Below, piece by piece: positions 62,739 through 64,000 of a DNA stretch of 64,000 bases. Positions within the stretch are counted from its first letter, which is position 1. The number at the start of each line of letters is the position of its first letter. Under the pieces are notes generated by a model. That model searched no databases. It was not told the origin of the DNA and saw only the letters and a list, made by a program, of their open reading frames with translations. The DNA is from an uncultured Anaerolinea sp. (GTDB lineage: Bacteria > Chloroflexota > Anaerolineae > Anaerolineales > Anaerolineaceae), in assembly GCA_964570925.1 (NCBI GenBank), contig CAZNAF010000001.1, forward strand, positions 3,322-67,321. The letters run 5' to 3'. The position numbers and the translations under genes are program-made.

Positions 62739-64000
62739 TTATTTTACGATTCCCTTGTCGAGCATGCCAAGGTAAACCTTTTCTGCACTAAAGGGAGGGC
62801 CTACCAATCTGACGCCCGTCGCCGCGTAAATGGCGTTCCCAAGTGCTGCGATGGTCGGAACCGTGGGATGTTCACCCACACCGCGAGCGCCCCAGGGGCC
62901 GTCATCTTGCGGAACTTCGACGATGGTAGTTTCGAGCGGGAAGTCGATGTCTGGCGCAGTAGCGATTCGATAATCTACAAAACTGGGGTTCTGCATCACG
63001 CCTTTAACCAGCTTCATTTCCTCGAACATGGCCGCACTTAACCCTTGCACAAAGCCGCCTTCGATCTGACCGGCTACCAGGGCGGGGTTGATGGCTTTGC
63101 CCACGTCGAATGCCGCGCCTGCTTTAAGGATGAAGATCTGGCCGGTATTTTTATCGATCTCGATATCGAGCCCTTCACAGCCGACAGTATAATGCACCAC
63201 GGCGCGCGGGCCTTGGCCGGTTTCTGCATCCAGGTTGGTCACGTATTTTGGCATGAACGAACCGCGTCCTACGATCGGGCCGCCCATCCAGCCTTCGTTG
63301 TTGTCTTTGGGCATACCGTAGACAACCATATTCTTGAGCGAGGTTTCACGTTCACTTTTATAAGAAACCACGATACCATTCACAATATCCAGGTCTTCGG
63401 GGTTCTCTTTCCAGGCTTCTGCGACGAGGTCGAGAATTTGTTTTCTCGCGTCTCTCGCGGCTGCCACCACGGCGTTCCCCATGCTCCAGGTCAATCGGCT
63501 GGCTACGGTTTGCCATTCATAGGGGCTGTATTGTGTGTCAACCGGTCCGGCAATACGCACGGTCTCATAGGGAACACCCAGGGCGGCTGCAGCCATTTGG
63601 GCCATGACGGTAAACGTGCCCTGACCGATATCCTGTCCGCCAAGTCCAACGGTGACATTGCCGTCTTCGGCCATTTCCACCCAGGCGCTTGAACCGGCGT
63701 TGGGCGGCATGGCAGGGGCTTTCCACATGATGGCGATTCCCTTTCCGCGCAGTCGGTCGGGAGAAGAAGGCTTGGCGTCTCCATTGAAGTCGATGGATTT
63801 TGCCACACCGTCAATACATTCCTGTATGCCGTTGTCGTGCATGATCATGCCAGTGGCGATGGTGTCTCCACCCGAGATGGCGTTCTTTTTCAGGAATTCG
63901 ACTTTATTAAATCCGGCTTTTTCTGCCAGTTCATCAATGGCCTGATCAATGCCTGTGTGTAGTTCAGACATGCCGAATCCGCGATAAGCGCCGCCGATGG
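62739..64000 (-). CDS. Xanthine dehydrogenase/aldehyde oxidase-family molybdopterin-binding subunit, C-terminal part (5' end outside window)
   Basis: GQGTFTVMAQMAAAALGVPYETVRI and ARGVGEHPTVPTIAALGNAIYAATGVRL are family motifs. The frame stays open to the window edge, so M at 63971 is probably internal. Confidence 0.8.
   Translation of the reverse strand, partial: IGGAYRGFGMSELHTGIDQAIDELAEKAGFNKVEFLKKNAISGGDTIATGMIMHDNGIQECIDGVAKSIDFNGDAKPSSPDRLRGKGIAIMWKAPAMPPNAGSSAWVEMAEDGNVTVGLGGQDIGQGTFTVMAQMAAAALGVPYETVRIAGPVDTQYSPYEWQTVASRLTWSMGNAVVAAARDARKQILDLVAEAWKENPEDLDIVNGIVVSYKSERETSLKNMVVYGMPKDNNEGWMGGPIVGRGSFMPKYVTNLDAETGQGPRAVVHYTVGCEGLDIEIDKNTGQIFILKAGAAFDVGKAINPALVAGQIEGGFVQGLSAAMFEEMKLVKGVMQNPSFVDYRIATAPDIDFPLETTIVEVPQDDGPWGARGVGEHPTVPTIAALGNAIYAATGVRLVGPPFSAEKVYLGMLDKGIVK

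Noticed and set aside
1-64000. Looked for CRISPR arrays, tandem repeats, IS elements, integrases, prophage genes and rRNA.
   Set aside because: No regularly spaced direct repeats, transposase- or integrase-like ORFs or rRNA-like sequence were seen. Repeats shorter than about 20 nt dispersed over long distances could not be searched exhaustively by eye.

Overview
A 64 kb bacterial chromosomal segment with about 58 protein-coding genes and one tRNA-Phe(GAA). I found no rRNA, CRISPR array, transposase, integrase or phage genes. The taxon cannot be fixed from the sequence alone. Layout: (1) 0.2-4.2 kb, a tight six-gene plus-strand operon: DEDDh exonuclease, large Pol-beta-fold nucleotidyltransferase-like protein, half-size DMT membrane protein, 2H phosphoesterase, DUF1232 membrane protein, lipoprotein. 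(2) 4.8-9.6 kb, a MarR regulator plus a heterodimeric ABC exporter. (3) 9.7-13.2 kb, a zinc-metalloprotease-like gene translationally coupled to an orphan family-5 solute-binding protein. (4) 13.4-17.2 kb, SH3 lipoprotein, a SatD-like/DUF3307 pair behind twin palindromic operators, a flavoprotein and a membrane protein. (5) 17.3-49.4 kb, a 32 kb, about 30-gene, single-strand glycan locus. It encodes a wHTH regulator, fcl, Wzm/Wzt ABC exporter, PseB, two NeuB-type synthases, three cytidylyltransferases (one fused to a KdsC-like phosphatase), three paralogous HP-motif GT-B proteins and a DUF115/GT42-like protein. It also encodes GT2/GT4/GT-C transferases, two SAM methyltransferases, a radical SAM/SPASM enzyme and a MoaD/ThiS-like GG protein. 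It has no initiating phosphoglycosyltransferase, no Wzx/Wzy and no sugar aminotransferase. (6) 49.4-53.2 kb, a stand-alone XPB-N-terminal-like protein and a DUF4388 / CvnD-like GTPase / V4R operon. (7) tRNA-Phe with its own promoter and terminator. (8) 53.4-57.3 kb, C39-like peptidase, DUF2877 protein and a GT-C-like membrane protein. (9) 57.3-62.5 kb, a Na+-translocating acyl-CoA decarboxylase operon extended by a cyclase-family gene and an unknown gene. (10) A partial molybdopterin oxidoreductase. The most novel candidates are the non-canonical ulosonic-acid glycan locus with its duplicated promoter-operator, and the nucleotidyltransferase/2H-phosphoesterase/exonuclease operon. All functional calls come from motifs read by eye; no database search was possible.
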